From positions 86,797,272-86,861,271 of the forward strand of contig NC_058132.1 in the NCBI RefSeq assembly GCF_016433145.1: a stretch of DNA of 64,000 nt, written 5' to 3'. Of this stretch, positions 35,850 to 49,863 are shown in pieces (the first letter of the stretch is position 1; the number at the start of each line of letters is the position of its first letter). This stretch comes from Gracilinanus agilis. Its lineage: Eukaryota. The position numbers and the translations under genes are program-made. The notes beneath the pieces are model-generated. The model was not told the origin of the DNA, did not search any database, and saw only the letters and a list, made by a program, of their open reading frames with translations.

Positions 35850-36360
35850 TTTCCCAACAAATCCATCCTTTCTCAGCTGCTCCCTGTTCCTGCTAAGGAT
35901 ACCACTATTCTTTTTTTTTTTTTTTTACATCTCAAAATGAATACTTTGTTTGCATTTCAAACTCAAGTCCAAAACAGACCTCATCTTCTCTTGGATACTA
36001 TTAACTCCTTACTCTCATTCATCCTACATATCCAATCTGTTGTCACATTTTATTATTTCTAACTTCACAAAATCTCTCCTATGTGTCCTCTTTGCTCCAT
36101 TCACAAAGTCAGCACCCTAGGACAAATCTTTGTCACTTCTCAAATGGGTTATATAGTACAACCTTCTAATTGTTTTCCCTGAATCAAGTGTCTCCCAAAT
36201 CCAATTTATTCTTTATTTGGCTGCTAATGTGATTTTCCTAAAGAGAAGGACTGACCATGTCACTTCCCTACTCAAAAAATTCCAGGGACTCCTTATTACT
36301 ATCTCTCTAGATCAAATATAAAATTCTTTGTTTGGAAGTTAAAGTTATTTACCATCTTCC
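35850..36360 (+). mobile_element. L2, 5' part; continues after an L1 insertion at ~37020-37300
   Basis: catatccaatctgttg...tgaccatgtcacttccctactcaaaaaattccag.gactccttatt. Confidence 0.7.
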
Positions 36361-36374
36361 CTATTAACGTTTTT

Positions 36375-37010
36375 CTTTTTTTGGTCAAGATATTTTATTT
36401 TACCAATTAGTTACATGTAATAATGATTTTCCACATAAGTTTTCAAAAGTTATAAGATCCAAATTGTCCCCCTCCTTCCATTCCCTCTCCCTTTCCAGAG
36501 ACAGTAAGCAATTTTATCAGGGATATATATGTGTTATCATGCAAAATGTTTCCAAACCATTCATTGTTGTTAAGAAAATACTCATATAAAACTAAAATCC
36601 CCAAATAAAAACCCAAATAAATTAAAGTGAGAAATAATATGCTTTGATCTGCATTCCAACTCCATTCCAATTTTTCTTTGGATACGGATAGCATTCTTTG
36701 TCATAAGTCCTTCAGAATTGTCCTGAATCATTGAATTGCTGAGAGTAGCTAAGCCTTTCACGGTTGATCATTCCACAATATTACTGTTACTGTGAACAAT
36801 GTTCTCCTGGTTCTACTTATTTCACTCTGCATCAATTCATGTTGACCTTCCCAGCTATTTCTAAAATCATTCTGTTCATCATTTATCATATGCCACAATT
36901 TGTTTAGTTATTCCACAATTGATGGACAAACCTTCGATGACCAATTTTTTGCCACCACAAAAAAGTGCTGCTCTAATATTTTGATACAAGTAGATCCTTT
37001 CCCCTTTTTT
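36375..37010 (-). mobile_element. L1 3' fragment nested in the L2
   Basis: ttaccaattagttacatgtaa...tgctttgatctgcattcc...ttccacaattgatgga. Confidence 0.8.
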
Positions 37011-38719
37011 ATTACAATTTTCCATTCTTAAACTTTGCTTCCCTCTATGAACTCTATAATCCAGTTTCACTAGACTATTTACTATTTCCCACAGTCTACA
37101 TTATCAGTGCCTTTCTACTGGCTTTCCCTTATGCCTGGAATATACTCCCTCTTTATCTTTACTTTTGTTCCTTATTTCCTTCAAAACTCAGCTCAGTTAC
37201 CATCTTCTATATAAGACCTTTACATGTCCCTCTCCTTCAGTTACTAGTTTCTCTCCTCCTCCCAAACATTTGTATTATCTCATGTATGTAAATGGTCATC
37301 TACAAAATTTTGTATATGCAAATGGCCCTTTATTACTACTCCAGTGTCTTGGCATGTCATGTAAGTGCAATCCTTAGTTCCAAAGGCTATTCCTGGAGAG
37401 CACAAGCTCTGGGATAGTCTATTATTCTGAAAAGGTAGCTTGGTTGGTACAGTGGACAGAGAACTAGACCCAGAGTGAGCATGACCTGAATTAAAATCTA
37501 TTCTGAAATATATGTGTGATCTTGGGCAAGTACTTCACCTCTCTCTCTGTTTCAGTTTTCTCACGTGTAAAATAAGGATAATAATAGCAACTACCTTCAA
37601 GTGTTGTTGTAAGGATCAAATGAGATAACATCTGAAAAGGGCTTAGCACTATGCCTGGTATATAGTAGGCACATAATAAATGCTAGTTGATTGGCTGACT
37701 AATGAAAGAGTAGGAATGAATCAAGTTCAAATTAAGTGTCAAAGCAGTAGCATTTATTATAAAATTATTATATTATGGAATTAGTTATTATAGTATGCAG
37801 AGTTCTCAGGAATCATGAAGTGATAGCAATGGGGTAGGCCAGTGGAATGGAGCAGGAATACACAGATAAATGTACATATTCCATGGTCTAGATATAGCTA
37901 GACATTCTTTATCTTTATGACATCCAACAAATGGAGTCCTTATGCCTGGAGAGAAGGAATTCCACTTTTTCCAGACAGCCCAAGAATGTGTAGCTTTCAC
38001 TATGAACTACACAAAGGGGGTTTAGAGATAAAGAAGGTATAATTAAAAACAATAACAATAATGTTAACAATAATAATAGCAACACAAATGACAACTAATA
38101 AAATAGTGGAGTAAGACCTAAATCTCTAAAGCCAAAGGCATAGAGAAGAAGAGTCATAGGTAAAAAAAAGAATCCACCCCTCTGACTCTACCAGGATGTT
38201 TCAGTGTCCCTTAGAATTAGCCCTGAACTAAATATAAAAGAAAATGTTGTTAAAAGAATGAATTCTTCTCAGAGAAACAGAGTAAAAAAGTTAGAGGTTC
38301 TGAGTCACCACCACAATCTATTGTGAGAGTATAAGAAGGATATGAACACACTATATATATTTGCCTCTTTTCATTCTCCTTTCCCTCCCTCTTTAATGCC
38401 TAGAATTAAAGCCAGGAAACCTGGGTTTGAGTTTATGCCATTCCTTACTCTTATTAGCTGTGTAATCTTGAGTGAATCACTTAATATTTCTTGGCTCCAT
38501 TTTCATTTATTTTATAAAAATTTTAACCATCTGTCTTAGAATGAATAAAAGTGTCAGTTGCAAGGTGGAAGAAAAATAAGGGGTAGCAGTTGGGGTTATG
38601 TAACTCACCCAGGGTCACACAGCTAGGAAAGTCTAATATTCCATCCACTGGGTCCCTTCTTCAATTATTTTTTTAAATGATGACCATACAATTGTTAAAG
38701 AAATCGAAACTATCTTTAG

Positions 38720-39625
38720 TCATATAAAAATGCTCGAAATGACTATTAATTATAGAAATGCTAATTAAAATAAACTCACACCCACCAGACTGGCTAACAT
38801 GACAAAAATGGAAAATGATAGATGTTGGAAGGGATGTGGAAAAATTGGGACACTAATACACTATTGGTGGAGCAGTGAACTGATAACAACCATTTTGGAG
38901 AGCCATCTGCAACCCAAAGGGCCATAAAACTGAGCATACCCTCTAATCCAGCAATACCACTGCTAGGTCTATATCCCAAAGAGATTAAAAATAGGGAAAA
39001 AGAACCTACTTGTTTAAAAATATTTATAGTGGCTCTTTTGGTGGTGGCAAAGTACTGGAAATGGAAGGAATGTCCATCATTTGGAGTATGGCTGAACAAC
39101 TTGTGGTATATGCTTGTTATGGAATTCTATTGTACCAAAAGAAGGACAAACAAGATGATCACCAAAAAGCTATAAAGACTTATATGAAGTGATACCAAGC
39201 AAGTAAGCATTACCAGGAGAATGTTGTACACAGTAACAATAATGTGTAAAGATCAACTGTAAATAACTTTATTATCAGCAAGGCAAGGATCCAGGACAAC
39301 TCTAAAGGACTCATGATGAAAAATGATATCTACCACCATAGAAGAAACAGTCTGAATACAGTTTGAAACGTACCATTCTTCACCTTATTTCCTCTGAATT
39401 TTTCTCTAGTGTAAGCAATATGCGACTTATTTCACAACATGAACATGTATATATGTATTATATGATAATATATGTACAAACAATAGCATATTATCTGCCT
39501 TCTTGAGGAGGAGGGACAGAGGAAGAGGAAAGGGGAGGAAACTCGAACATGGATTGCAAAATGTCAGAAAACTAATATCAAGGATAGTATTGATAAGTAA
39601 TCTGGAAAAAATAAAATGTTTTAAA
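38720..39625 (+). mobile_element. L1 ORF2 C-terminus and 3' UTR
   Basis: cacacccaccagactggctaacatgacaaaaatggaaaatgatagatgttggaagggatgtggaaaaattgggacactaat. Confidence 0.85.
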
Positions 39626-40802
39626 TAAGATGACCATAGCATACGAATTACCTAGTAGGTTTATTGTAAAAAATGTTCCATTTTAAATGATAAAATATAG
39701 AAAAGAATAGAAATAGAAAAATAACTACATTTATTATTTATTATTATTCTATTTTCTCTTTTCCTCGAACTTAGATCTTCCTGATTCCAGGCCTGGTGCT
39801 CTATTCACTGTACCACCGAGCTGCCATATTATATTATTACTAAGAGATAATTAGACTCTGTGTGAATTCTTGTGTTGTATAATGGTGTTGGAAATTCTTA
39901 CTTGTACTGGGTGAAAATTTGTCTCGTAATTTTCCAGTGGAAACCATCTTTGACCTCATTTGCTTTCAGTAATATTCATCTGGTATAGAGAGATGAGGTA
40001 GCAGAGTCAGGTATCAATCTCTTAGATTCTGGAGACCTGGGTTTAGTACCTTATTTCTGGAACTTAAAAGTTTTGTGGTTTCTGACAAGTCACAACAGTT
40101 CTCTCCTCTGTAAAACAGGGAATATTTACATAACTTACCTTAGAGAGTTGTTGGGAAGTGCTTTGACGTCCTTAAATATAGGAATGGGAGCTATATTGTT
40201 CTTTAAAAGATTCTGGTTGACACTAGTAATAAAAAACAGTCAAGATTCTAAGTGAAAAAAGCCTCAGCAAAACCATCCCCCATCTTTACTAGTCTTGCCT
40301 CAAATCTATGAGGTGTTTCTACGTGAGACTCATGGTAATGGCTATTCTGATTGGTCTTCTTTATGATCCTTTCAGTCCTTTGAAACAAGGAACCAGGCCT
40401 CAGGATGGTCTCTGCACTTTTTGGTTTATTATATATTTCTCAATTGATTTTTATTTCCCCAATCTCTCCAAATTGCAAAGGGAATTTGCGTAGTCTGGGC
40501 TAGAATTTCAGGGACAGAGTCCCTCGGCATCCTCCCATCCTGATCCCCATGGAAGGACTATAGAGACAAAGAATCATTTAGGCCTTAGAAGCCTAAATCA
40601 GAATAAGGAAGGATCCCAAGAGATCTTACTGGCACAGACTAAAAATAAGTCCTTGGCTCTCGGGTTAATCTGTTCTATTAGAGTAAATGTACATGTTTTA
40701 TAAGTCAGGGACAGAGTGAGGACTTTATCATTATCTACCATGCTCACGTATATCCACATAATTTTATTTTTATTGATTTGTTGTTTTGTTGATTGTCTAG
40801 CC

Positions 40803-41014
40803 CAGTGATGGGCAAACTTTTTAAAGAAGGGGCCAAAGGACAAGAAAATGCTTATTTTTCGGTCTGTTTCTAAGGCAACTCTTTCAAAGTTTCATTGTAT
40901 TGTTTATTACTCATTGTATTCGTCAGATTAGGAATAATGTTGTGCAGCTGGATAGAAATTTCAGGGCCCCCCACCCCTGCATCTGACCTACAGGCTGTAG
41001 TTTGCCTATTACTT
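40803..41014. mobile_element. hAT MITE, copy 1
   Basis: Terminal inverted repeats (TIR) CAGTGATGGGCAAAC / GTTTGCCTATTACTT; 8-bp TSD gtctagcc / gtctagac. Confidence 0.85.
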
Positions 41015-41061
41015 GTCTAGACTAAAAAAAGTGATGGAGAAAATGTTAATAATGAAGGTTA

Positions 41062-42599
41062 TTTTTTTTCAATATAAATAGTTTTAATTTTTTAAAATTA
41101 AGTTTATTTGTTTAATTAATTTAGAATATTTTCCCATGGTTAGATAATTCATGTTCTTTTCCTCCCTTCCTCCAAACTCCATCCCATAGTCAAAGAACAA
41201 TTCCATTGGGTTTTACATGTGTCATTGATCAAGACCTATTTCCATATTATTAATATTTGCAATATAGTGATTGTTTAGAGTCTATATCCCCAATCATATC
41301 CCCATCAAACCATGTGATCAAGCAGTTGTTTTTCTTCTGTGTTTCTACTCCCACAGTTCTTTCTCTGGATGTAAATAGCATTCTTTCTCCTAAGTCCCTC
41401 AGAATTGTCCTGGATCATTGCATTGCTACTAGTAAAGAAGTCTATTACATTTGATTGTGCCAAAGTGTATCAGTCTCTGTGTACAATGTTCCCCTGGTTC
41501 TGCTCCTTTCACTCTGCATCACTTCCTGGAGGTCTTTCCAGTTCACATGGAATTCCTCCAGTTCATTATTCCTTTCAGCACAATAGTATTCCAAAACCAA
41601 CAGATACCACAATTTCTTCAGCCATTCCCCAATCAATGGACACACCCTCATTTTCCAATTTTTTGCCACCACAAAGAATGCTGCTATAAATATTTTTGTA
41701 CAAGTCTTTTTCCTTATTATCTCTTTCAGGTATAAACCCAACAGTGGTATTGCTGGATCAAAGGCAAGCAGTCTTTTAAAGCCCTTTGGGCATAGTTCCA
41801 AATTGACTTCCAGAATGATTGGATCAATTCACAAGTCTACCAGCAATGCATTAATGCCTCAATTTTGTCACATTCCTTCCAACATTTATTACTTTCCTTT
41901 GCTGTCATATTAGCAAATCTGCTAGGTATGAAGTGGTACCTTGGAGTTGTTTTGATTTGAATTTTTCTAATTATAAGAGATTTAGAACACTTTTTCATGT
42001 ACATATTGATAGTTTTCATTTCTTTATCTGAAAATTGCCTATTCATGTCCCTTACCAATTTATTAATTGGGAATGGCTTGATTTTTTTATGCAATTGATG
42101 TAGCTCCTTATAAATTTGAATAATTAGACTTTTGTCAGAGGTTTTTGTTATAAAGATTTTTTCCCAATTTGTTGCTTCCCTTCTAATTTTGGTTGCATTA
42201 CAAAACCTTTTAAATTTAATGTAATCAAAATTATTCATCTTACATTTTGTAATTATTCTCTGTCTCTTGCTTGGTCTTAAAATCTTTCCTTTTCCATAGA
42301 TCTGAAAGTAAACTATTCTATGTTCACTTAATTTACTTATAGTTTCCTTCTTTATATTTAAGTCATTCACACATTCTGAATTTATCTTGGTGTAGGGTGT
42401 GAGATGTTGATCTAAACCTAATCCTTCCCATACTGTTTTCCAAGTTCCCCAGTAATTTTTGTCAAATAGTGGGTTTTTGTCCCAAAAGCTGAGATAGTTG
42501 GGTTTATAGTACACTACATTGCTGAGGTAATTTACCCCAAGTCTATTCCATTTATACTTCCTTCTGTCTCAGCCAGGACTATATTGTTTTTTTTTTTTG

Positions 42600-42633
<34 letters not shown>

Positions 42634-43463
42634 TTTTAAACCCTTAACTTCTGTGCATTGACTTATAGGTGGAAGATTGGTAAGAGTAGGCAATGGGGGT
42701 CAAGTGACTTGCCCAGGGTCACACAGCTGGGAAGTGTCTGAGGCCGGATTTGAACCTAGGACCTCCTGTCTCTAGGCCTGGCTCTCAATCCACTGAGCTA
42801 CCCAGCTGACCCCCAGTACTATATTGTTTTGATGATCACTGCTTTATAGTAAGAACTATATTATATAGACTATATATAATATATAAACTACATATTAAGA
42901 ACTGTTACTGCTAGGTCCCCATTATTCACATTTATTTTTCATTATTTAACTTGATATTCTTGATCTTTTGTTCTTCCAAATGAATATTGTTATAATTTTT
43001 TTTAATTCAGTAAAAAAGTTTCATGGTAGTTTGATAGGTTTAGCATTGAATAAGTAAATTAATTTAGATAGGATTGTCATTTTTATTATGTTAGCTCATC
43101 CTACCCAGGAGCATTTAATGTTTTTTCCAATTGTTTAGATCTAGGTTTAATTGTGTGGAAAGTGTTTTATAGTTGTGTTCGTATAATTCCTGTTTTTGTC
43201 TTGGCAAATAGATTCCTAAATATTTTATATTGTCTAGGGTGATTTTAAATGGAGTTTCTCTTTCTTACTCTTGCTGCTGATATGTGTTGGAAATGTACAG
43301 AAATGCTAATGATTTATGTGAGTTTATTTTGTATCCTGAAACTTTGCTAAAGTTGTTGATTATTTCCACTAGCTTTTTAGTTGATTCTCTAGGATTCTTT
43401 AAGTAGACCATCATATCATCTGCACAGAGTGATAGTTCAGTCTCCTCATTGCCTATTTTAATA
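41062..43463 (-). mobile_element. 5'-truncated L1 (ORF2 3' part and 3' UTR)
   Basis: ORFs 41445..41801 and 41837..42514 are L1 ORF2 (LTPYTKINS, RYHFIPSR); flanked by gaaggtta at 41054-41061 and 43464-43471, a candidate TSD. Confidence 0.92.
42591..42814 (-). mobile_element. SINE1_Mdo-like SINE nested in the L1
   Basis: Full head and (GTTTT)n tail; TSD ag[g/t]actatattgtttt at 42575-42590 and 42815-42830. Confidence 0.9.
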
Positions 43464-43787
43464 GAAGGTTAAATTTTAAAATGTATTGAGTGTAACTGTT
43501 TTCTTCTGTAGAGATGATTGTTAAAAATTTGCCAGAACAACTCTGGTCTTGAGTCTCCCACATCTATTTCAGGAAAACTAAGAAAAGGAGAGAACCATTC
43601 TGCATGTGTTTCTTAGTATCTGGGGCCTTTCAGACTCTACAGGGTGGTAGATTTCTTCCTAAATTTTTTTATTGATGATGGTGCTTTGCCTGCAAATGAT
43701 TGTAAAAATCAGAATCTCCTACATCCCTTGAGTGGGACCTAGCTTTCTCCCATACATTTTGGGATAGGTTGTGATAACCTCCTATGT

Positions 43788-43985
43788 CAGTGATGGGCAA
43801 ACTTTTTAAAGAGGAGGCCAAAGGAAAGGAAATGCTCATCTGTCAGTCTGTTTCTAAGGCAACTCTTTTGAAGTTTTATTGTATCCTATTCATTGTATTC
43901 ATCGATTGGGAATAATGTTGCACAGCCAGATATAACATTTCAGGGGGCTGTATCTTTCCTGCAGGCCGTAGTTTGCCCATCACTG
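43788..43985. mobile_element. hAT MITE, copy 2 (same family as 40803-41014)
   Basis: Perfect 15-bp TIR CAGTGATGGGCAAAC / GTTTGCCCATCACTG; TSD tcctatgt / tcctatat. Confidence 0.9.
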
Positions 43986-44060
43986 TCCTATATCATGTTA
44001 ATGGAAACCATACCCTTCAATCCCATACTCAATGAGGATGGAATCTAAGGCACAGGCAGA

Positions 44061-44062
<2 letters not shown>

Positions 44063-44111
<49 letters not shown>
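44063..44111. repeat. (TG)n microsatellite
   Basis: Direct reading. Confidence 0.95.
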
Positions 44112-44112
<1 letters not shown>

Positions 44113-44989
44113 TATTTGTTCCTTACCTTACCTTATATTGTTGATGTAAATGACTCCTTAAGAGAAAACTCTCTTTATCAAACCAGATCAGCAGATCAGT
44201 TTCTGTGTAATGCAGAAATCTAGAAAGTTGTGTCATATATTCAGAGGTTAAGGAACTTGCCCAGAATCAAACATCCAGTATGTATCAGAGGTGGGACTTG
44301 AAATTAAGTCTTTCATAGTTCCCAAGTCAGCTCTCTATCCCATTCTACCATGCTGTTTTATAAAGTTAAATAAATGTAACTAAAGGTCCCCAATTACATC
44401 TGCTCTATTCAAGACTCTGTCAGGCTTTTGCTTCTTTCTGAGTCTTGTGACTACCCAAGGCATAACCAGAGTGATAGGTTGCCCTACTCCCCACATAACT
44501 TAATTTCATTGTATAAATATTTGAGCTATCTTCATCCAGGGTGTGTTGGAGCTAGCTTGAACCATCTGGAGAACCAATGATTAAATTTTCAATTTGAGTA
44601 TTTTATATTTCAGAAATTGGCAAAATGTTACTAATTTAGTCTTTATTTATTGTTTTATTGATTGTTGAGATAAGAAAGTGATTGAGAAAATGTACATAAT
44701 GTATAATAAACTTTAAATGGTGTTGTTTATATGGAGTTGGTGGTTATATAATTTCCACATACCCTTGTCCCCCCCCATCCTTACATTAAAATCATTGCCC
44801 ATTTTCATTTGAAGTTAGAAAATACTTATTAAGGGCCAACTATATGCAGAGCTGTAACTCAACAGCTAGGCAGACAGAGAGAATTCTTATGTAGTTCATA
44901 TGTAGTTGCTTTCATGGAGCTTATAATTAAATAGGTGAATGAAACACATCCATAAATAATAGTCAATGACTCTGGGACTTCATTAAAAG

Positions 44990-47900
44990 GACTTTTCTCT
45001 AATTCCTATTTATTTTTCTCCACATATTTATTAACTCTAATTTTTCTAGGATTTCATTCACCTCTCTTATCTCTTTCTTATTTATTTTTTTGTTTGATTT
45101 ATCTAGGTCTGATAGGGGAAGGTTCAGGTCTCCTACTAGTACTATTTTACTATCTATTTCCTTCTTGAGCTCTGCCAGTTTATCCTTCATAAATTTAGAT
45201 GCTATACCATTTGGTGCATACATGTTGTATGCACCAAACTGCTATTTCTTCATTGTCAATACTGCCTTTTATCAGGATGTAATTACCTTCCCTATCTCTT
45301 TTAACCAGATCTATTTTTACTTTGGCTTTGTCAGATATCATTATTGCAACTCCTGCCTTCTTTTTCTCAGTTGAAACAATAGATTTTCCCCCAGCATTTT
45401 ATTTTTACTGTATGTCTACCTGCCTCATGTGTGTTTCTTGTGGACAACATATGGTAGGATTTGGTTTCTAATCCACTCCCCTTTTATGGGCAAGGTCATC
45501 CCATTCACATTAAGAGTTATAATTATCAACTGTGTATTCACCAACATTTTGATTCCCTCTCCTTGTTCTGCCTTTTCTTCTTTAGCTATTTCCTTTTATA
45601 CCAGTGTTTTGTTTTTAATCAGTCCCCCTATTCCCCTCCCTTATTGGACTTTCCTTTCTCCCCCTTCTCTTCTTATTTCCCTCTTATTCTTCTTTAGGGT
45701 CTTTTTAAAACTACCCCCTCCTCTCTCCCTAGTATTGTTTCCCTCCTAACCAGGCTGTTTGTTACACTTCTACTTCTCTATAGGGCACAAATCAATTCTC
45801 TGTCCCCAATAGATCTGATTATTTTTTCCCTCTTTAAGTTAATTTCAGTGCACTTAGGAATTAAGTATTTCCTCTCTCCAACTTCTTTACTCTTTCAGTG
45901 TTTTTGGTCCTCTCCCCTGTTCCCCCCATATGCTTCTTTATGGAGTATAAATTTACTCCACTTTGTCTCTTTTCCCATTTCCCTGAATATTATCTTCTTT
46001 TTTTACCTCTAGTTTTATATATATTTATACATACATACATATATATATCTTGACATTTCATCTCATACAGTTTGTCACTATTCCCTCTAGGTATACTTCT
46101 TCCAGCTACCCTGATGATAATAACAATTTTTAAGAGTTACCAATATCATCTTTTCTTATAAGGGATACAAATAATTTGAACTTACTGGGTTCCTTAAAAG
46201 AAAAAAAAATTGTTTGTCTTTTGTTTTTTGTTTTTTTTTTTTTCTCTCTCTTAATTACCTTTTGGGGATTCTCTTGAGCTCTGTGTTTGAACATCAATTC
46301 TTTTAAGTCTGTTTTTTTTCTTTATGAATGCTTGGAAGTCTTCAATTTTATTAGATGACCATACTTTCCCCTGCAAGAATATAGTCAGTTTTGCTGAGTA
46401 GTTGATTCTTGGTTGTAGACCCAGTTCCGTTGCTTTCCGGAAGATCATATTCCATGCCTTCTGGTCCTTCAGTATAGATGCCTCAAGATCCTGTGTCATC
46501 CTAACTCTGGTTCCCTGGTATCTGAATGANTATATATATATATATTGACATTTCATCCTATATAGTTTGTCACTGTTCCATCTAAGTATACTTCTTCTAA
46601 CTACCCTGATGATAATAACAATTTTTAAGAGTTACCAATATCATCTTTTTTATAAGGATACAAATCATTTGAACTTATTGGGTCCCTTAAAGAAAAAGTT
46701 ATGGTATTTTGTTTTTTCCCCTCTCTTAATTACCTTTTGGTGATTCTCTTGAGTTCTGTGTTTGGGCAGCAAATTTTCTAAATCCAGTTTTTTCTTTATG
46801 AATGCTTGGAAGTCTTCAATTTTATTAAGTGACCACACTTTCTCCTGCAAGAATATAGTCAGTTTTGCTTGATAGTTTTGGTTGTAGACCCAGTTCCCTT
46901 GCTTTCCGGAATATTATATTCATGCTTTCCAGTCCTTCAATGTAGATGCAGCCAGATTCTGTGTTATCCTACCTGTGGTTCCTTGGTATCTGAATGACTT
47001 CTTCTTAGCATCTTGTAATATTTTTTCCTTGGTCTGGTAATTTTTTAATTTGGCTATAATATTCCTGGGAGTTGTTAGTTGTGGATTAAATGTAGGTGGT
47101 GATCTGTGGATTCTTTCAATTTCCACTTTTCCCTCTTGTTTGAGAATATCAGGGCAGTTTTCTTGGATAATTTCCTATAGGATGATGACCATGTTTTTCC
47201 TTTTGTCATGTCTTTTGGTAGACCAATAATTCTCAAACTGTCTATCCTGGATCTATTTTTAAGATCTGTGGTTGTGTCAATAAGGTGTTCCATATTTTCT
47301 TCAATTCTTTCATTCTTTTGATTTTGTTTTATATATTCTTGCTGCCTTGTGAAGTCATTTGGTTTTAGTTGTTGGATTCTGATTTTTAAAGACTGAATTT
47401 TATCCCTGACTTTTTGATCATCCTTCTCCTTCTGGTCTGATTTTCTTTCTAGATCATCTTTAATCTTCTTAGTTTCATTTTAAAGCTGGTCAATTTGGGC
47501 TTTTAAGAAACTATTTTCTTGTTTTAGTTCATGTATTCACTTTTTCCAATTGTCTTCAGCCTCTCTTGATTGTTTTTTGAGTTCTTATGTTAATTGAATT
47601 TTGAGATCTTCCAAAGCTTGTGTCCAATTTGCTGGAGTTTCTTTGGTTTTGCTTGGAATTCCTTGATCTTTTTTCTATTTCATTTGCTCTTAGTTCACTT
47701 CCTGGAAAGAAACTGTCAAATGTAATTTCTTTTTTCTTTTTCTGTTGTTTACTCATATTTTTTCCTTCTTTCCCTCCTGCTCTTGCTCTGCTTTGCTGGC
47801 TGATTAGGTTAAGCACATGGTTTTAATGTGCTTTGATGTAAGATCTTCCTCAGTTGACAATAGAACTTTGTAGCCTCTTTCTCTGCAGTCTATGAGGGAG

Positions 47901-48433
47901 GGGTGTTGGAGTTTCCCTGCCCTCTGAAGACTTCTTATCTGTCTTATTGATAGGATTAAGCCAGGGCAGGATTGATCTGTAGAGTTTGATGTACCCTGAG
48001 GCTAAAACCTTGAGAGTGGTGGTAAGATGGAGCATTTTCACTGTCTAGGGTGCCCTCTCTGCATTTCTCCTCTAGAAGCCTCCCTGTCTCTGTGTTTAAT
48101 GCCCTGAGCCTAGCACCAGCAAGGCTTTCTCTCTGGACTAGTGCATTTGCTTGCCCAGAGATTCCAGGAGCCACTGGAGACTCCGCACAGCACGTGGGGT
48201 AGGGGTCCTGGGATTCTTCTTCTTCCTTACCTTCAAACCCAACAGTTCAGGAATTCAGGTCTTTTTTTCTTGGTGTTCCTCTTGAGCTGTCCAGCAGTAG
48301 GACCCCCCAGCTCTGTCCTGTTGCTAGATTTGGTTTTCTTTCCCCTTGAAGCTCTTTGTTTTTTATCTCAGTGTGGAAGGGTATGGAGGTCTGAAGTTTT
48401 GCTCCATCTAAGCCGCCGTCTACTCAGAATCCC
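44990..48433 (-). mobile_element. L1 5' part: 5' UTR, ORF1, inter-ORF spacer and start of the ORF2 endonuclease; degenerate; contains a duplicated segment joined at a single N
   Basis: ORF1 motifs (LKNRSRIDSLRIIGLP, TPRNIIAKL, LGLQPRINY), endonuclease motifs (YAPNGIASKF, VGDLNLPLS, TLNVNG), 5' end tctaagccgccgtc at ~48407-48420. Confidence 0.9.
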
Positions 48434-49863
48434 TAAAGACTTCTCTCTAATGATATAGATCCTGACTCATTACAAAGCTTTCTCATTCTGGGAAACTGTT
48501 GTCTCTGTCTTCCTATAGAACCTCCATAGGAGTCCACTTGCTGTTTTGGTGGCCTCCTGCCCATAATGCTTGCCTTATATTAAATGAATAATAATAATGA
48601 CGATGATGATGATAATAGCTACCATTTATATAGCTTATACTATGTGTCAGACATTGTTATAAACATTTTACAATCCCATTTGATTCTTATTATAACACTG
48701 AGAGGTAAGTTTTATTATTACATGATTTTACAGATGAAGAGACTGGATCAAATAGGAATTAAGCAATTTGCCTAGGGACATACCATTAGAGTAAATGTCT
48801 GAGGTCACGTTTGTACCCAGATCTTCTCCAGTGCAGATCTGGCATTCTATCTATTGCACCACCAGAATACCAATGAAACACGCAGGATATCTACTCATTA
48901 TCCCTCTTTCTCAACTGGCCTCAATCTTTTCCCATTACATACATCATTGATATCTTTTATACCACTCTGTGCATATATTTCCTATTTGGTTATATTTATG
49001 GTGTGGCTAAATGAACATTAGACTTTGTTGGTCACATGGTACTGTAGAAAAATCACTAGTTCTACAGTCAGAGGACCTGTGTTTAAATCTCACTTCTGAT
49101 GCATACTATTCATCTAAAACTGGACAACTCACTTAACCTTTTTGGGCCTCAGTTTTCTCATCAATAAAATGTCGGTGTCACACTAATTGGCCTCTGAGAT
49201 CCCTTTCAGTTCCAGGTCTATGATAATATGACTTACATTCTCTGTTACCTCTGTGACTTTCAGACAATCACCACCTTTCCCTGACACAATGTTTTCTCAG
49301 CAGAAAAATGATGATATTGGACTAAATGACCATCAAGACTCTTTCAGTTTTAAAACTATTATCCTATGATAACTAATGTATGCAGTGATAACCTTCAAGC
49401 TGCTTGCTAAAGTGCCATTCCTATTTTTTCTTGAACCATCTCATCTCTCCAGTCTATGGTCTTTGCATTCAAGAGATCAAACATGCAAATTTTACTAAAA
49501 AAAAGTGTATTTTATTTTCATTGATTGTATTTGTTTTTATATCATCTTATATCCTAATATATACTTTTTTCTTCTGTAAAGTGAGTAATCCTTAGTAATG
49601 ATTAAAAAAAGATAAACTTGTAATTTCATATTTGTGTTTGAGAGTGCATGAAATATTCTCCATTCCATAATCTCCCACTTTGCAAAGAAGGTATGGAAAT
49701 ATATTTTCTCAGATCGTCTCTTGGGCCAAATTTGTTCATTACTAGAATGCAACACCCGTTGTCATTTTTAAGTTCTTTAACTTGTGAAATATTTTCTCTC
49801 CATTAAAATATTATGTTTCTATATCTAAGATGTTATTTTGTCATTTTTCATGCCTTCTAATTC

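Noticed and set aside
41062-48433. A single full-length L1 spanning both minus-strand pieces
   Set aside because: The intervening 1.5 kb holds older MIR and unique DNA, most of ORF2 is missing, and the 3' piece has its own candidate TSD
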